This document shows, piece after piece, positions 1-10,697 of a DNA stretch of 64,000 bases (position 1 is its first letter; each line of letters starts with the position of its first letter). The stretch is from an uncultured Acidobacteriota bacterium (GTDB lineage Bacteria > Acidobacteriota > Terriglobia > Acidiferrales > UBA7541): assembly GCA_963760165.1 (NCBI GenBank), contig CAVXBO010000005.1, positions 11,459-75,458 of the forward strand, written 5' to 3'. The notes below the pieces were generated by a model that saw only the letters and a list, made by a program, of their open reading frames with translations, was not told the origin of the DNA and made no database searches. Made by a program: the position numbers and the translations under genes.

Positions 1-188
1 ATTTTGCCAGCGACGGACTTCTTCGCAGCGGCGCCGACGACCGGATTGAACAGGAGATTGCGCAAATCGGCGGAGGCGGCAAAGGCCTGGACGAAGTCAG
101 CCAACTCCTGGCGGATTTTGTCCGCGTCTTTGTGCTCGAAGGCCACGTCAGCGAGGGCGGCGGCGTAGCGTTGCGCGATGGCGCTCAA
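1..188 (-). CDS. atpH: F0F1 ATP synthase subunit delta (OSCP), N-terminal part; gene runs off the left edge
   Basis: Hand translation from TTG at 188-186 gives LSAIAQRYAAALADVAFEHKDADKIRQELADFVQAF, an IAxRYAxAL-type delta-subunit opening. The start overlaps the atpF stop (TTGA). It follows the b'/b genes. Confidence 0.6.
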   Translation of the reverse strand, partial: MSAIAQRYAAALADVAFEHKDADKIRQELADFVQAFAASADLRNLLFNPVVGAAAKKSVAGK

Positions 189-781
189 TTCGATGCTCCT
201 TGGAGCGCCGCGACGAAGCCGCGGAACAGATTCGATTCGGCCTGGGAGTTGACTTGGTCGAGAAGGAGAGCCTCGGCGCGCTCAATTGCCAGGCGGGCGG
301 CGATGGTTTTGAGTTCGGCCTGCGCGGCGCGTTCGGCGGCGCGAATCTCCAGTTGCCCAGCTTGGTCGATGCGCTTGGCTTCTTCTTGCGCGAGGGCGCG
401 AATGCGTTGCGCTTCTGCGGCGCTTTCCTGCTTAGCGCGCGTCCGCAGGTCGGCGACTTCGCGGTCGAGCGAGGCCATTTTTTGTTCCGCGGCGCGTTCC
501 TGGCGTTCGGCTTCTTCGCGTGCGCGCGCGCTTTCGGCGATGGCATCAGCAATCGCTTTCTGGCGGCTGCGGAAGTATGCGGGAACTTTCTTGTACCTAG
601 TGAAAAACCAAACCACCGCAGCGACAAAAATCAGGAAATTAATCCAGCGATAAATCCAGCCGGTGGTCGTGTCGGCTTGTTCTTGAGGATTTGTTGCTGC
701 GAGAACAGGCGTGGCAAAAATAGCGAGCGCAAAAGCGATCGCGCAGGCGCTGCGCAGCCAGCGGGAAACGCGAGGAATCAC
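185..781 (-). CDS. atpF: F0F1 ATP synthase subunit b
   Basis: 198 aa with one N-terminal TM helix followed by a long Ala/Glu/Arg-rich coiled coil. 4-nt overlap with the upstream b' gene. Confidence 0.85.
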   Translation of the reverse strand: MIPRVSRWLRSACAIAFALAIFATPVLAATNPQEQADTTTGWIYRWINFLIFVAAVVWFFTRYKKVPAYFRSRQKAIADAIAESARAREEAERQERAAEQKMASLDREVADLRTRAKQESAAEAQRIRALAQEEAKRIDQAGQLEIRAAERAAQAELKTIAARLAIERAEALLLDQVNSQAESNLFRGFVAALQGASN

Positions 782-1242
782 CGCGAGCCTCCGAGCGGCG
801 CTGCGGGGCGCTCTAGAATTCTCTGCGCAATACGGCCGGCGAGCGCGGCCGTTTCGTTTTCGAGCTGCGCGCGGACGGCGGCGAATTCGCGGCTGATGCG
901 CTCTTTCTGAACGCCCACGGCATCCTGCGCGGTGCTGCGCGCATCGCGAAGGACTTTCGCGCGTTCATCAAGGACGGCCTGGCGAGCGGTTTCCTCTTCG
1001 GCAAAAACGCCGGCGCGGGCCTTGCGCAGTGCGTCTTCGTAGGAATGGACCTTGTCTTTCGCAGCTGCTTGAACGGCTTCCGCTTCGGCGCGCGCTTTGG
1101 TGATGCGAGCGTTGCGCTCGGCTAAGGTGCGCTCCAAAGGCTTGAAGAAATTGGCGCGCAAGAACCAGTAAAACAAGAGGAAAAGAATAATCGTGGGAAC
1201 GGACTTGAGGAACAACCAGCCGAGCTGTTGCAAGATCTGCAT
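778..1242 (-). CDS. atpF2: F0F1 ATP synthase subunit b' (second b-type stalk subunit)
   Basis: Same TM plus coiled-coil architecture. ATG at 1242 (MQILQQLGWLFLK) is preferred over the TTG at 1314 given in the ORF track. Confidence 0.75.
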   Translation of the reverse strand: MQILQQLGWLFLKSVPTIILFLLFYWFLRANFFKPLERTLAERNARITKARAEAEAVQAAAKDKVHSYEDALRKARAGVFAEEETARQAVLDERAKVLRDARSTAQDAVGVQKERISREFAAVRAQLENETAALAGRIAQRILERPAAPLGGSR

Positions 1243-1414
1243 CGCACACTTATCGCGACTGCCGAATGTCCTCCGTGGATTTTCTTGCTGCTCGGCGGTT
1301 CGTCGCCGCCACAAGGCACTTCTTCACGCACCAGAAAGCCAGCAATTATCGCATCCCTTTTTTGCGCCGTCAACCGGCGTCAGAGTGACGAAAACGTGCT
1401 TGCAACATACCTCG

Positions 1415-2593
1415 CTACGAGAGCGGGGTGCCACGCGCAAAGACGTTCGCGATCTTCAATTCAGGGGTTAGGAGGATAAGGTCGGCGTCGGCGGCTGGGG
1501 CCAAGACGCCCTTGCGCGCCTCCATTCCGACGCGACGAGCCGGATTATAAGTGGCCATGCGAATGGCTTCGATGAGCGGCACGCCGAGGCGCACCATGTG
1601 TTGCACGGCGCGATCGAGAGTGAGTGTGCTGCCCGCGAGTTTCCCTTCGCGATTGCGGCATACGCCGTCTGAAACGGTCACATCGAAAGTGCCGAGGCGA
1701 TAGGAGCCGTCGCGCATGCCCGTCGCGGCGGTGCCGTCGCTGACCAACAAGACTAAATCCGTGCCCTTTGCCGCCAATAAGAGGCGAATCGCCGGGTCGT
1801 CGACATGGACGCCGTCGGCGATGATTTCGGCGGTGACGGAAGGGTCGGTGAGCACGGCTCCGAGGACGCCGGTTTCACGATGCGAGAAGGGCCGCATGGC
1901 ATTGAAGACGTGCACGGCGTGCCGCGCGCCGCGGAAAATCGCCATGCGGGCTTGCTCGTACGTAGCGTCCGTGTGGCCGAGCGCGACGACCAGGCCTTTC
2001 GCATAGCCGCGCTCGACGAGTTCCAATGCGCCGGGAATTTCGGGCGCGAGAGTCAGAATCTTCGCAGTACCTGCGGCAGCTTCCAGATAACGATCAAGAA
2101 GAGTGACGGAGGGATTGGCGATCGCTCCTGCCGGATGGACTCCGCGCCGCGCGGGGCTGATGAAAGGGCCTTCCAGATGAATGCCGACAATTTCCGCGGT
2201 GACATCCGCAGAGCGATTGGCTGGACTGAGGATGTAACGCGAGATGCCTTCGAGGCAGCGGCGGGTTTCGTCGGGCGGCGCCGTCACCGTGGTGGCGACA
2301 ATGGAAGTGGTGCCGTGGCGCGCCACCGTGCTGGCAATCGTCGTGAGAGTTTCTTCGGTGGAGGACATCACATCGTGGCCGCCCGCGCCGTGCACGTGCA
2401 CGTCGACGAATCCCGGCACAATGGTGGCATCCCGCGCAGAAATTTCCTTGGCGCCGGCCGGCGCCACAATTCCCGCTCGCGGTCCAATCGCGGAAATGCG
2501 GCCATCTTCGAAGACAACGGCGACGTCGGTAATTTCCTGGAGCGGCGTGAACGCGCGCGCGGCGTGGATGATGGTAGAGCTCATCGCGGACAA
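1415..2593 (-). CDS. nagA: N-acetylglucosamine-6-phosphate deacetylase
   Basis: 392 aa with amidohydrolase motifs DVHVHGAGGHD, HLEGPF, GHTDA and VFNAM. Confidence 0.85.
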   Translation of the reverse strand: MSAMSSTIIHAARAFTPLQEITDVAVVFEDGRISAIGPRAGIVAPAGAKEISARDATIVPGFVDVHVHGAGGHDVMSSTEETLTTIASTVARHGTTSIVATTVTAPPDETRRCLEGISRYILSPANRSADVTAEIVGIHLEGPFISPARRGVHPAGAIANPSVTLLDRYLEAAAGTAKILTLAPEIPGALELVERGYAKGLVVALGHTDATYEQARMAIFRGARHAVHVFNAMRPFSHRETGVLGAVLTDPSVTAEIIADGVHVDDPAIRLLLAAKGTDLVLLVSDGTAATGMRDGSYRLGTFDVTVSDGVCRNREGKLAGSTLTLDRAVQHMVRLGVPLIEAIRMATYNPARRVGMEARKGVLAPAADADLILLTPELKIANVFARGTPLS

Positions 2594-2698
2594 TCCTACT
2601 TGAAGGCCATGCGACCGCGCCGAAAATCGTGATACGTGGTTGCAAGAACGGCACGCTCAGTTACAATTGATGGACTCTCAAGCGACCGGAGGCCGGAA

Positions 2699-2869
2699 AT
2701 GGCAAATGAGAAGCGGTTCATGGCGTGGAAGCGCCACCACCGCAAACGGAAATCAGCGAAGGCCAAGATGAAGCTCTACGAGCAAGGGAAGTTGCCGCAC
2801 GACAAACTGCCCGCGTTGGCCAAGGTGTTCCTGCGACGCAAGATGCGTTCTCTGTCGAAAGCAGAATAA
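2699..2869 (+). CDS. small highly basic hypothetical protein (56 aa)
   Basis: ATG at 2699 is preceded by GGAGG 7 nt upstream. Lys/Arg-rich sequence with no recognisable family. Confidence 0.4.
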   Translation: MANEKRFMAWKRHHRKRKSAKAKMKLYEQGKLPHDKLPALAKVFLRRKMRSLSKAE

Positions 2870-2889
2870 ATCCTCAAGACGCAAAAAAA

Positions 2890-2914
2890 GGGAGGCGCCC
2901 TCAGAACGCCTCCC
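2890..2914 (-). terminator. Rho-independent terminator for the 2962-3825 gene
   Basis: Perfect 8-bp stem GGGAGGCG/CGCCTCCC with a 9-nt loop. The A7 run at 2883-2889 becomes a T7 tail on the minus strand. Confidence 0.55.
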
Positions 2915-2961
2915 TCCCGCCTCGTCCCGTTTGGGACTCTAGCGTGCTTGCTAGCGCGGTT

Positions 2962-3825
2962 TTACTGGCCTGAGCCAGAGCCGGTAGCCGTCTGTGCCGG
3001 GGCCGCTTCCTTCGGCACGCTCAGGTAACCGCTTACCTTGTTTTTCCCGACCTGGTTGACAACCATCTCGAGAGGAACCTGGTACTCGTGAGTGTAGAAG
3101 TAGATCGGCTCGTCGACGGAACGGTTGTTCTTCTCAAAACGCTTGTCGTCGATAAGCAGATAGACAGTGAACTGTTGCTTTTTCGGATTTGTTCCACGCA
3201 GCTCGACGGTCAGGTCGCCCACGCGCTTGCGCTCGCCCTTCTTGTCCACGGTGAACTCGTAAATGTTGCGCTCGCCCATGCGGCGCAGCGTCTCGATTTC
3301 GTCGTGATTGCGCGCGATCAAATTGCCGAACTGGTCGCGGGCCATTTGCAGATTCTGTTTGGTCGAGTCGAGGTCAGTCTTGACGCCATTGACGTCGCCG
3401 CTCACCTTATTGAGGTCATCGGCGCTGGCCTTGGTCGCGAGTTGCGTGTTCATCTGGCTTTCGGTCTGTTGCACGGCGGCGAATTCCTTCGCGTCGTCTG
3501 CCTTGATGGCCTTGGCCTGACTGCGGGCCCGTGCCAATTCGCCTTGGGTCAGTTTAAGGCGATCCGTTATCACGTTCAGTTCGCCTTGGACTTGGGCACT
3601 CGTCTCTTCGCTCTGCTGCAACCTTTGCTCAAGCACGCTCTGCGCCTGTTTGGCCGTTTGAACCTGGGAGGCGAGGGACGTTTCGTTGTTCTTGGACGTG
3701 CGCTCAGCGCTCCAGCCAATTCCCAGGGCTACCAAAGAAACTACCGCAATCAAAACCACCACAATTCCTACCCAACGGGGAGTGGCCGCGTCGGGCGGCA
3801 CTTGATTTCGCTCTTCGAAAGTCAT
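2962..3825 (-). CDS. membrane-anchored coiled-coil protein, unknown function
   Basis: Start taken at MTFEERN (3825). One TM helix (WVGIVVVLIAVVSLVALGIGW) followed by a Gln/Ala/Lys-rich coiled coil. Confidence 0.6.
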   Translation of the reverse strand: MTFEERNQVPPDAATPRWVGIVVVLIAVVSLVALGIGWSAERTSKNNETSLASQVQTAKQAQSVLEQRLQQSEETSAQVQGELNVITDRLKLTQGELARARSQAKAIKADDAKEFAAVQQTESQMNTQLATKASADDLNKVSGDVNGVKTDLDSTKQNLQMARDQFGNLIARNHDEIETLRRMGERNIYEFTVDKKGERKRVGDLTVELRGTNPKKQQFTVYLLIDDKRFEKNNRSVDEPIYFYTHEYQVPLEMVVNQVGKNKVSGYLSVPKEAAPAQTATGSGSGQ

Positions 3826-4056
3826 TTTCGTGTCTCTCCTTGAACCTGAATTCCCCCTGCGAAGTACCCTAGGGAGCACGGCCAATGCCAATCTTCGACT
3901 TCGGGAATTCTCGGGCTAAGTGGATGATTAGTCAATCGGTTACAGCACCCTGCCCGTTCGTACAGGTTTTGCCGGTGCGGACCTACCCTGAAATCTTTAC
4001 CTGTACACTGTTGTTTCTGCTCTAAGAGCGCAAACCCGCGTTTTTTTGGGAAGCTC

Positions 4057-4914
4057 TCAGCGGGTGATTTGCATGTTCTTCAGCACCTCAATGCGGTCGT
4101 CAAGTGGCGGATGGGTGCTGAACAAACTGGCCAGCATTTGGCGCGCTTGCAGGGGAGCAACGATGCATAACGCAGAAGTCGAAGGTGAGATGTCCATGGG
4201 GATTTTCTTGTTGTAGTCCTCGAGTTTCTGGAGGGCGCTGATCAGGCCATAGGGATGCCCGACCATCTTTACGCCGGAAGCGTCGGCTTGATATTCGCGC
4301 TGACGGGAAATGCCCAGCTGCAACAGAAGGGCTGCAATCGGCGCCAAAATCAGCATCAAGATCGCGGTGATGGCATTGCCTTCGCCTTCTCCATCGCGGG
4401 AGCCACCGTAGCCGCCAAATATCATTCCCCATCGGCCCATCTGTGCGGCCCAGGTAATGGCTCCGGCCAGCGTGGCAGCTATGGAGGACGTCAGGATGTC
4501 GTAATTGCGAACGTGGGAGAGTTCATGCGCAATCACGCCTTCGAGTTCGTCGTCGTTCATGATCTGCATCAGGCCAGCGGTAACGCATACGGCAGCATGA
4601 TGCGGATTGCGGCCCGTGGCGAAGGCGTTGGGAGCAGGTTGTTGACTAACGTAAAGCCTGGGCATGGGCAGGCCGGCTTTCCCCGCGAGGCGCTCCATAA
4701 CGGCGTACAGGCGCGGCGCTTGTTCGCGCGTGACGGGCTGGGCATGACTCGAACGCAAAGCAATCTTGTCGGAGAAAAAGTACGCGACGGCATTCATGAC
4801 GACGGCGATGATGAGGCACAGGGTCATGCCTCGCGGACCGGCGATGGCCCGGCCGCCGAGAACCAGCAGGAGCGTAAGAGCAGTAAGTAACAACGTCGTC
4901 CGGATCGTTTTCAT
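4057..4914 (-). CDS. htpX: zinc metalloprotease HtpX (M48)
   Basis: 285 aa, multi-TM, HELSH zinc motif, downstream of clpB. Confidence 0.9.
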   Translation of the reverse strand: MKTIRTTLLLTALTLLLVLGGRAIAGPRGMTLCLIIAVVMNAVAYFFSDKIALRSSHAQPVTREQAPRLYAVMERLAGKAGLPMPRLYVSQQPAPNAFATGRNPHHAAVCVTAGLMQIMNDDELEGVIAHELSHVRNYDILTSSIAATLAGAITWAAQMGRWGMIFGGYGGSRDGEGEGNAITAILMLILAPIAALLLQLGISRQREYQADASGVKMVGHPYGLISALQKLEDYNKKIPMDISPSTSALCIVAPLQARQMLASLFSTHPPLDDRIEVLKNMQITR

Positions 4915-4971
4915 TTTTTCCCCGTGAGCCCAGATACAAATAGTTTAGAGTGATGGCTTTCGCGCGTCAAA

Positions 4972-7593
4972 TCAGCCGCGCCGCACGGCGTTCGTTTTTG
5001 GTTTCTGCCGCTCGAAGCGCATCTCGCCCGTTTTCGGATCGGCGTCAACAAATACTTCGTCGCCTGGCAGAATTTTACTGTCCAGAATATCGATTGCGAG
5101 CGGATCCTGCACCAGGCGCTGAATCGCGCGACGCAAAGGGCGGGCGCCATAGGCGGCGTCATACCCTTCGCGAAGCAGCAATTCGCGCGCTGCGGGCGAT
5201 AGACGCAAAGAAACGTGCTTACTCTCGAGCAGCTTGGACACTTGGGCAAGCTGCAAATCGACGATGTGGTCGAGCTGCTCTTTGCCCAACGGCAGGAAGA
5301 TAACAATATCGTCGACGCGGTTGAGGAATTCCGGCCGGAAAATGTGGCGCAGAGCGTCCATGGCCTCGGCGCGCGCACGCTTAGGATCTTTCACGGCGAG
5401 TTCGAAAATAGCCGTTGAGCCCGCATTCGAGGTCATCACGATGACGGTATTGCGAAAATCGACGGTGCGGCCCTTGCCGTCGGTGAGCCTTCCGTCTTCC
5501 AGAATCTGCAGCAAGACGTTGAAGACGTCCGGGTGGGCCTTTTCGATCTCGTCCAACAGCACGACAGAATAGGGATGCCGCCGGACTTGCTCGGTGAGCT
5601 GGCCGCCCTCTTCATAGCCGACATATCCCGGAGGCGCGCCTAGCATCCGCGCGACAGAATGCTTCTCCATGTACTCGGACATGTCCAGGCGAATCATGGC
5701 GCGCTCATCGTCGAACAGGAATTCTGCGAGCGCACGAGCGAGCTCCGTCTTGCCGACGCCCGTGGGACCCATGAAAAGGAAAGACCCGATGGGCCGACGC
5801 GGATCGGACAAGCCGGAGCGGCTGCGCCGCACGGCATTGGCTACGCTGCTGAGCGCATCATCCTGTCCCACGACGCGTTGCCGCAGGCGCTCTTCCATGT
5901 GCACAAGCTTCTGCACTTCGCCTTCGAGCAGCCGGCCCACAGGAATGCCAGTCCATTTGCTGACAATGCGAGCGATGTCTTCCTCGCCGACTTCCTCCTT
6001 GAGCATGGCGCGGCCTTTTTGAAGCTGCGCCAGCGCTTCCTGCGCTTTCTGCAAATCGCGTTCGGCGGCGGAGAGTTTTCCATAGCGAATTTCGGCCACT
6101 TTCGCCAGCTCGCCGGCGCGCTCCATGCGCTGCTCTTCGGTTTTGAGCCGATCGATTTCGCCTTTGATTTTGCGAATGCGCGCGATGGCGTCCTTCTCGA
6201 CCTGCCATTGTGCCTTCAAGGCGCTTGATTTCTCGCGCAAGGAAGAAAGTTCTTTTTCGATCTCGCGCAAACGTTCGCGCGAATGCGCGTCGGACTCCTT
6301 GGAGAGTGCCTGGCGCTCGATTTCGAGCTGCAAAACGCGGCGCTCGACTTCATCGATTTCCGCGGGCATGGAATCCAGTTCCATGCGCAAACCGGCTGCA
6401 GCTTCGTCGATGAGGTCAATGGCTTTATCCGGCAAGAAACGGTCGGAAATATAGCGATGCGAGAGCATGGCGGCAGCAACGATGGCTGCGTCCTGGATGC
6501 GCACGCCATGATGGACTTCGTAACGCTCTTTCAGTCCGCGCAGAATGGCGATGGCGTCTTCCACGGATGGCTCGGGGACCATCACGGGTTGGAAGCGGCG
6601 TTCGAGCGCCGGATCCTTTTCGATGTACTTGCGGTATTCGTTAAGGGTGGTAGCGCCGATGGTGCGAAGTTCTCCGCGAGCGAGCGCCGGCTTAAGCATG
6701 TTTGAGGCGTCCATTGAGCCTTCCGCGGCGCCAGCGCCAACAACGGTGTGAAGTTCGTCGATAAACAGGATAATTTTGCCTTCGGATTCGGTGACTTCTT
6801 TCAGCACGGCCTTCAGGCGATCTTCAAACTCACCGCGGTATTTCGCGCCGGCAACCAGCGACGCCAAGTCGAGCGCAACCACTCTTTTCGGCTTCAGGAC
6901 GTCAGGCACGTCGCCAGCGACGATGCGCTGCGCGAGCCCTTCGACAATTGCGGTTTTGCCGACGCCTGGCTCGCCGATGAGCACCGGATTGTTCTTGGTG
7001 CGCCGCGCGAGAATCTGCATGACACGGCGAATTTCTTCATCGCGGCCGATGACCGGGTCGAGCTTTCCCCTGCGCGCCAGTTCCGTCAGGTCGCGGGAGT
7101 ACTGTTCCAGAGCACGATAAGTTGTTTCGGGATTTTGGCTAGTTACGCGATGGCTCCCGCGCACACTGAGGAGCGCCTGGAGGATTGCGTCGCGGCTGGC
7201 CCCGTTTCGTGCGAGTAGTGCGCCAGCGGGATCGCGGTGGAGGTTCGCGATGGCCAGGAGGATATGTTCGGTAGAGACATATTCATCCTTGAAATGCGCG
7301 GCTTCGTCGAAGGCGTTGGACAGAACCTCATTCGAGGCGGGACTGAGGAATTGCTGCGCGGCTCCAGAAACTTTCGGCAAACGGTCAATCTCGCGGCGAA
7401 CCTCACCGTCAACCTTCTCGGGAGAGATCCCCAGTTTGGCAAGCAGGGGTGCGACCAGGCCATCGCCCTGGGCCAGAAGAGCGGCCAATAGGTGCACCGG
7501 CTCAACTTGCTGCTGGTTGGCCCGCGCAGCCACTTCCTGGGCTGCCTGCAGCGCCTCCTGAGCCTTTACGGTGAGTTTGTCGTAGCGCAGCAT
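4972..7593 (-). CDS. clpB: ATP-dependent chaperone ClpB
   Basis: 873 aa with two AAA+ modules ([16 protein letters not shown]) and a long middle coiled coil. Confidence 0.97.
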   Translation of the reverse strand: MLRYDKLTVKAQEALQAAQEVAARANQQQVEPVHLLAALLAQGDGLVAPLLAKLGISPEKVDGEVRREIDRLPKVSGAAQQFLSPASNEVLSNAFDEAAHFKDEYVSTEHILLAIANLHRDPAGALLARNGASRDAILQALLSVRGSHRVTSQNPETTYRALEQYSRDLTELARRGKLDPVIGRDEEIRRVMQILARRTKNNPVLIGEPGVGKTAIVEGLAQRIVAGDVPDVLKPKRVVALDLASLVAGAKYRGEFEDRLKAVLKEVTESEGKIILFIDELHTVVGAGAAEGSMDASNMLKPALARGELRTIGATTLNEYRKYIEKDPALERRFQPVMVPEPSVEDAIAILRGLKERYEVHHGVRIQDAAIVAAAMLSHRYISDRFLPDKAIDLIDEAAAGLRMELDSMPAEIDEVERRVLQLEIERQALSKESDAHSRERLREIEKELSSLREKSSALKAQWQVEKDAIARIRKIKGEIDRLKTEEQRMERAGELAKVAEIRYGKLSAAERDLQKAQEALAQLQKGRAMLKEEVGEEDIARIVSKWTGIPVGRLLEGEVQKLVHMEERLRQRVVGQDDALSSVANAVRRSRSGLSDPRRPIGSFLFMGPTGVGKTELARALAEFLFDDERAMIRLDMSEYMEKHSVARMLGAPPGYVGYEEGGQLTEQVRRHPYSVVLLDEIEKAHPDVFNVLLQILEDGRLTDGKGRTVDFRNTVIVMTSNAGSTAIFELAVKDPKRARAEAMDALRHIFRPEFLNRVDDIVIFLPLGKEQLDHIVDLQLAQVSKLLESKHVSLRLSPAARELLLREGYDAAYGARPLRRAIQRLVQDPLAIDILDSKILPGDEVFVDADPKTGEMRFERQKPKTNAVRRG

Positions 7594-7636
7594 GCCATTT
7601 CCTTAAATTCCATTGTAGGCCTGGCCGAGGCGGAAA

Positions 7637-7660
7637 AGGGGCCGAAATTCCGCGGCCCCT
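7637..7660 (-). terminator. hairpin between hsp20 and clpB (terminator or attenuator)
   Basis: Stem AGGGGCCG/CGGCCCCT followed on the minus strand by TTTCC. Lies 16 nt downstream of the hsp20 stop. Confidence 0.45.
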
Positions 7661-7675
7661 CTGCCAAAGCTCAGG

Positions 7676-8131
7676 TTAGTTCTTTGCGTTTGTGATGTTG
7701 ATCTTCACCTGCTTCGGCTTCGATTCGGCGCGCTTCGGCAAGGTGACGGTCAGCACTCCATCCGTGTACTCGGCCTTGATTGCCTGGGTGTCCACGGTAT
7801 TGGGCAGCGAAAAGCTGCGGCTGAACGATCCATAGGAGCGCTCCACGCGAAGGTAATTCTCTTCCTTTACGTTCTGCTCGAATTTGCGCTCGCCGCGAAT
7901 CGTCAGCATGTTGTTCTCGACTCGGAGATCGATATCTTTCTCCGAGACTGCTGGCAAATCGGCCTTGATCACGAGCTCATTCTCGGTCTCGTAGACGTCC
8001 ACAGATGGCGCCCAGGCGGTCAAAGTCGAATGGTCTCCGCTAGGGGAGAAATTGCCCTCAAAAAGCCTTTTTACCTGCTCCTGCAAGGTAGAAACGTTGT
8101 GAAAAGGATCCCAACGGGTAATGCTGTTCAT
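7676..8131 (-). CDS. Hsp20/alpha-crystallin small heat-shock protein
   Basis: 151 aa with an alpha-crystallin domain (VDVYETENELVIKADLPAV, GVLTVTLPK). AGGAGG Shine-Dalgarno 7 nt upstream. Confidence 0.9.
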   Translation of the reverse strand: MNSITRWDPFHNVSTLQEQVKRLFEGNFSPSGDHSTLTAWAPSVDVYETENELVIKADLPAVSEKDIDLRVENNMLTIRGERKFEQNVKEENYLRVERSYGSFSRSFSLPNTVDTQAIKAEYTDGVLTVTLPKRAESKPKQVKINITNAKN

Positions 8132-8169
8132 TGTTCAGCCTCCTAGAATCAGTAATATACTTCATCACG

Positions 8170-8198
8170 CTTATATAATATGAGCGTAGTTATGTCAA
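8170..8198 (-). promoter_or_regulatory. sigma70-like promoter for hsp20 (TTGACA-17-TATAAG)
   Basis: On the minus strand, -35 TTGACA is at 8198-8193 and -10 TATAAG at 8175-8170, with a 17-nt spacer. Confidence 0.45.
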
Positions 8199-8245
8199 GT
8201 TATTTCGCGATCTTGCCCGTCATGTGGCGACTTGGGGCATTTGCC

Positions 8246-9409
8246 CTATATTACTCTTATAATGAAGCACTTAAGGTAGTGTGTTTCGGGCATGGTCAGG
8301 AGGATCGGGTGGTCCCGCGCTTGAGTGCGTCGTTCCACGACCTGGACGGAGCGGCGGGCGTCATTTGCGGCTTCCGCGATGATGCCGAGGAACAGCGGCT
8401 CCGGTATGTGATAGGAGCAAGAACAGGTGACCAGAATGCCTCCCGGCTTCAGGATCTTCAGAGCGCGCAAATTGATTTCTTTGTAGCCGCGGACGGCAGC
8501 GGGCACGCTGTCGCGGTTCTTGGCAAATGCCGGCGGGTCCAGAATGACCATGTCGAATTTATGTCCGGAAGTATCATGCGCTTTGAGCGCATCGAAAGAG
8601 TTCGCTTCGGTGAAGGTCACGTTCGTGATGTTGTTCAATTGCTGATTTTCCCGCGCAATGGTGATTGCGGCGCCGGAGAGATCGGTCGCCTCAACGTGCG
8701 CAGCCTGCGCCGCGATGGTTAGCGCGAACCCCCCGTGATAGGTGAAGCAATCGAGGACTTCTCCGGAGGCGTATTGAGCGGCGGCGCGGTGATTTTCGCG
8801 CTGGTCCAGAAAGCCACCAGTCTTCTGGCCCGTATGCAAATCGTGGATGAACCGGACGCTATTTTGCGTCGCGATTATCTTGTCAGGGACTTCGCCATAC
8901 AGAACGGAATTGCGGCGCTCGAGGCCTTCGAGCTCACGCACCCGAGGATCGTTTCGCTCGAGAATGCCGCGTGGTGAGAACATCTCGACGAGAAGGGAGA
9001 CGATTTCTTCTTTGCGGGATTCCGTGCCCTGACTGAGCGTTTGCAGGACCAGCCAGTCGGCATAACGATCCACGATGAGCGACGGAAGTAGGTCGGATTC
9101 GCCGTAGATGAGCCGGTAGGCCTCTGTGTCGGTAACAATGCGCTTGCGGCATTCGGCCGCGGCGCGGATGCGGGAGCGCAAAAAGTCAGTGTCGATGGGC
9201 ACGTCTTCGCGCGTGAGGAGACGAAGGGTAATCTGTGAGCGACTGCTGAAGAATGCGCGTCCTACGAAGTTATCATGCTCATCGGTGACGCGAACGGCAT
9301 CGCCGCTCTGGGCTTCCGCGCTGCGAATGTCGCTGCGATATACCCACAAATGGCCGGAGCGAATTCGATCCGCCCCTCGCTGGCTGATTTTGACCTTCCC
9401 TTCAGCCAT
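8246..9409 (-). CDS. rlmI: class I SAM-dependent 23S rRNA (cytosine-C5) methyltransferase, RlmI-like
   Basis: 387 aa with an N-terminal PUA-like region and a SAM-MTase core (VLDCFTYHGGF, ILDPPAFAK). Confidence 0.8.
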   Translation of the reverse strand: MAEGKVKISQRGADRIRSGHLWVYRSDIRSAEAQSGDAVRVTDEHDNFVGRAFFSSRSQITLRLLTREDVPIDTDFLRSRIRAAAECRKRIVTDTEAYRLIYGESDLLPSLIVDRYADWLVLQTLSQGTESRKEEIVSLLVEMFSPRGILERNDPRVRELEGLERRNSVLYGEVPDKIIATQNSVRFIHDLHTGQKTGGFLDQRENHRAAAQYASGEVLDCFTYHGGFALTIAAQAAHVEATDLSGAAITIARENQQLNNITNVTFTEANSFDALKAHDTSGHKFDMVILDPPAFAKNRDSVPAAVRGYKEINLRALKILKPGGILVTCSCSYHIPEPLFLGIIAEAANDARRSVQVVERRTQARDHPILLTMPETHYLKCFIIRVI

Positions 9410-9587
9410 AGTTAGTCCTCAAGAGAAGCATCAGGCCAGAAGCTTCGCTACAATAGGGCCGTCGCGGCTGCGCAAGGCGGCCATCTGGCGATAAGGCACG
9501 CGGCCGGTTGAATTTGGATGTTGTCATAGCATAATTTTCGCCGAAGCGCCATCCTGCCAGGCCCGCACGCGGCAGAAAGCCTGGAAT

Positions 9588-10697
9588 TTGAACGTCAGCG
9601 AATTCGATTACGAATTGCCAGCCGAGCGCATCGCGCAGTGGCCTCTCGAGGACCGCGACGGTTCCCGCATGCTCGTGATGGGGCGCGCGACAGGCTCGCT
9701 GGAAGATCGGATGTTTAGAGAATTTGAGGAGCTTCTGCGGGGCGACGAGCTGATCATTGTGAACAATGCGCGCGTGCTTCCGGCGCGCCTTTGGGGCCGC
9801 CGCAAAGGGCTCAACGCCCAGCCTGTGGGCAAGAATAGTCCCGTTCACCACGAAAATCTCACGTCGCCGATCGAAGTGCTGCTCCTGCGAGTGGTGGGCG
9901 CGGACGAATGGGAGGCGTTGGTTCGCCCAGGGCGCAAGATTTCCGTGAACGAGACGATTGTTTTCGGAAGCGGAGAGCTGGAAGCGAGGGTAGTCGGCCG
10001 CGACAGCTACGGCCAGCGAAGGCTCAAGTTTTCAGGGGAAGGGGACTTGATCAAGTCCATCGAGCGGCTGGGCCACATTCCGCTGCCTCCCTACATCAAG
10101 CGCGACGACGAACCCCTGGACCGGGAGCGCTATCAAACGGTTTTTGCGCGGCAGGGAACTGCCGTTGCCGCTCCGACTGCGGGATTGCACTTCACGCCGG
10201 CGATCCTTTCGCGTTTGGCTGAGCGGGGCATAGAGATTCGTGAAATCACCCTCGACGTAGGCCTGGGCACGTTTGAGCCGATTCGCACGGAACAGCTCGA
10301 GGACCACCGCATCCATCAGGAGTCCTATGAGATTCTCGAGGCCACGGCTGCGGCGGTCGCCCGCGCTCGCAAGGAACAGCGAACGATCCTCGCGGTTGGT
10401 ACGACCGTGGTCCGAGCTCTTGAGGACGCGGCCGAGAAACTTGTGGCGCGCGGAAGCAGCGGCTGTCACGATGGGCCCGTTGCGCCGGGGCAATTTGAAG
10501 CCGGAATTTTCCTTTTCCCCGGGAAGCCATTTCGCGTTGTAACTCAGTTGCTGACAAACTTTCATTTGCCCCGCTCGAGCCTGCTGGCACTGGTGGCGGC
10601 ATTTGCGGGACGAGAAAATGTGCTCCGAGCGCACCGGCACGCCGTCGAAGCGAACTATCGCTTCTACAGCTACGGCGATTGCATGTGGATTCGCTGA
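9588..10697 (+). CDS. queA: S-adenosylmethionine:tRNA ribosyltransferase-isomerase
   Basis: N-terminus FDYELPAERIAQWPLEDRDGSRMLV and HIPLPPYI motif. TTG start. Confidence 0.93.
   Translation: MNVSEFDYELPAERIAQWPLEDRDGSRMLVMGRATGSLEDRMFREFEELLRGDELIIVNNARVLPARLWGRRKGLNAQPVGKNSPVHHENLTSPIEVLLLRVVGADEWEALVRPGRKISVNETIVFGSGELEARVVGRDSYGQRRLKFSGEGDLIKSIERLGHIPLPPYIKRDDEPLDRERYQTVFARQGTAVAAPTAGLHFTPAILSRLAERGIEIREITLDVGLGTFEPIRTEQLEDHRIHQESYEILEATAAAVARARKEQRTILAVGTTVVRALEDAAEKLVARGSSGCHDGPVAPGQFEAGIFLFPGKPFRVVTQLLTNFHLPRSSLLALVAAFAGRENVLRAHRHAVEANYRFYSYGDCMWIR

Noticed and set aside
1243-1414. Absence of atpB/atpE upstream of atpF'
   Set aside because: Split atp operons (the a/c genes located elsewhere) are a known arrangement in several phyla, so this is not evidence of rearrangement here.
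7594-8245. CIRCE/HrcA or sigma32-type heat-shock control elements
   Set aside because: No inverted repeat resembling TTAGCACTC-N9-GAGTGCTAA and no CTTGAAA/CCCCAT-type promoter was seen. Only sigma70-like hexamers are present.
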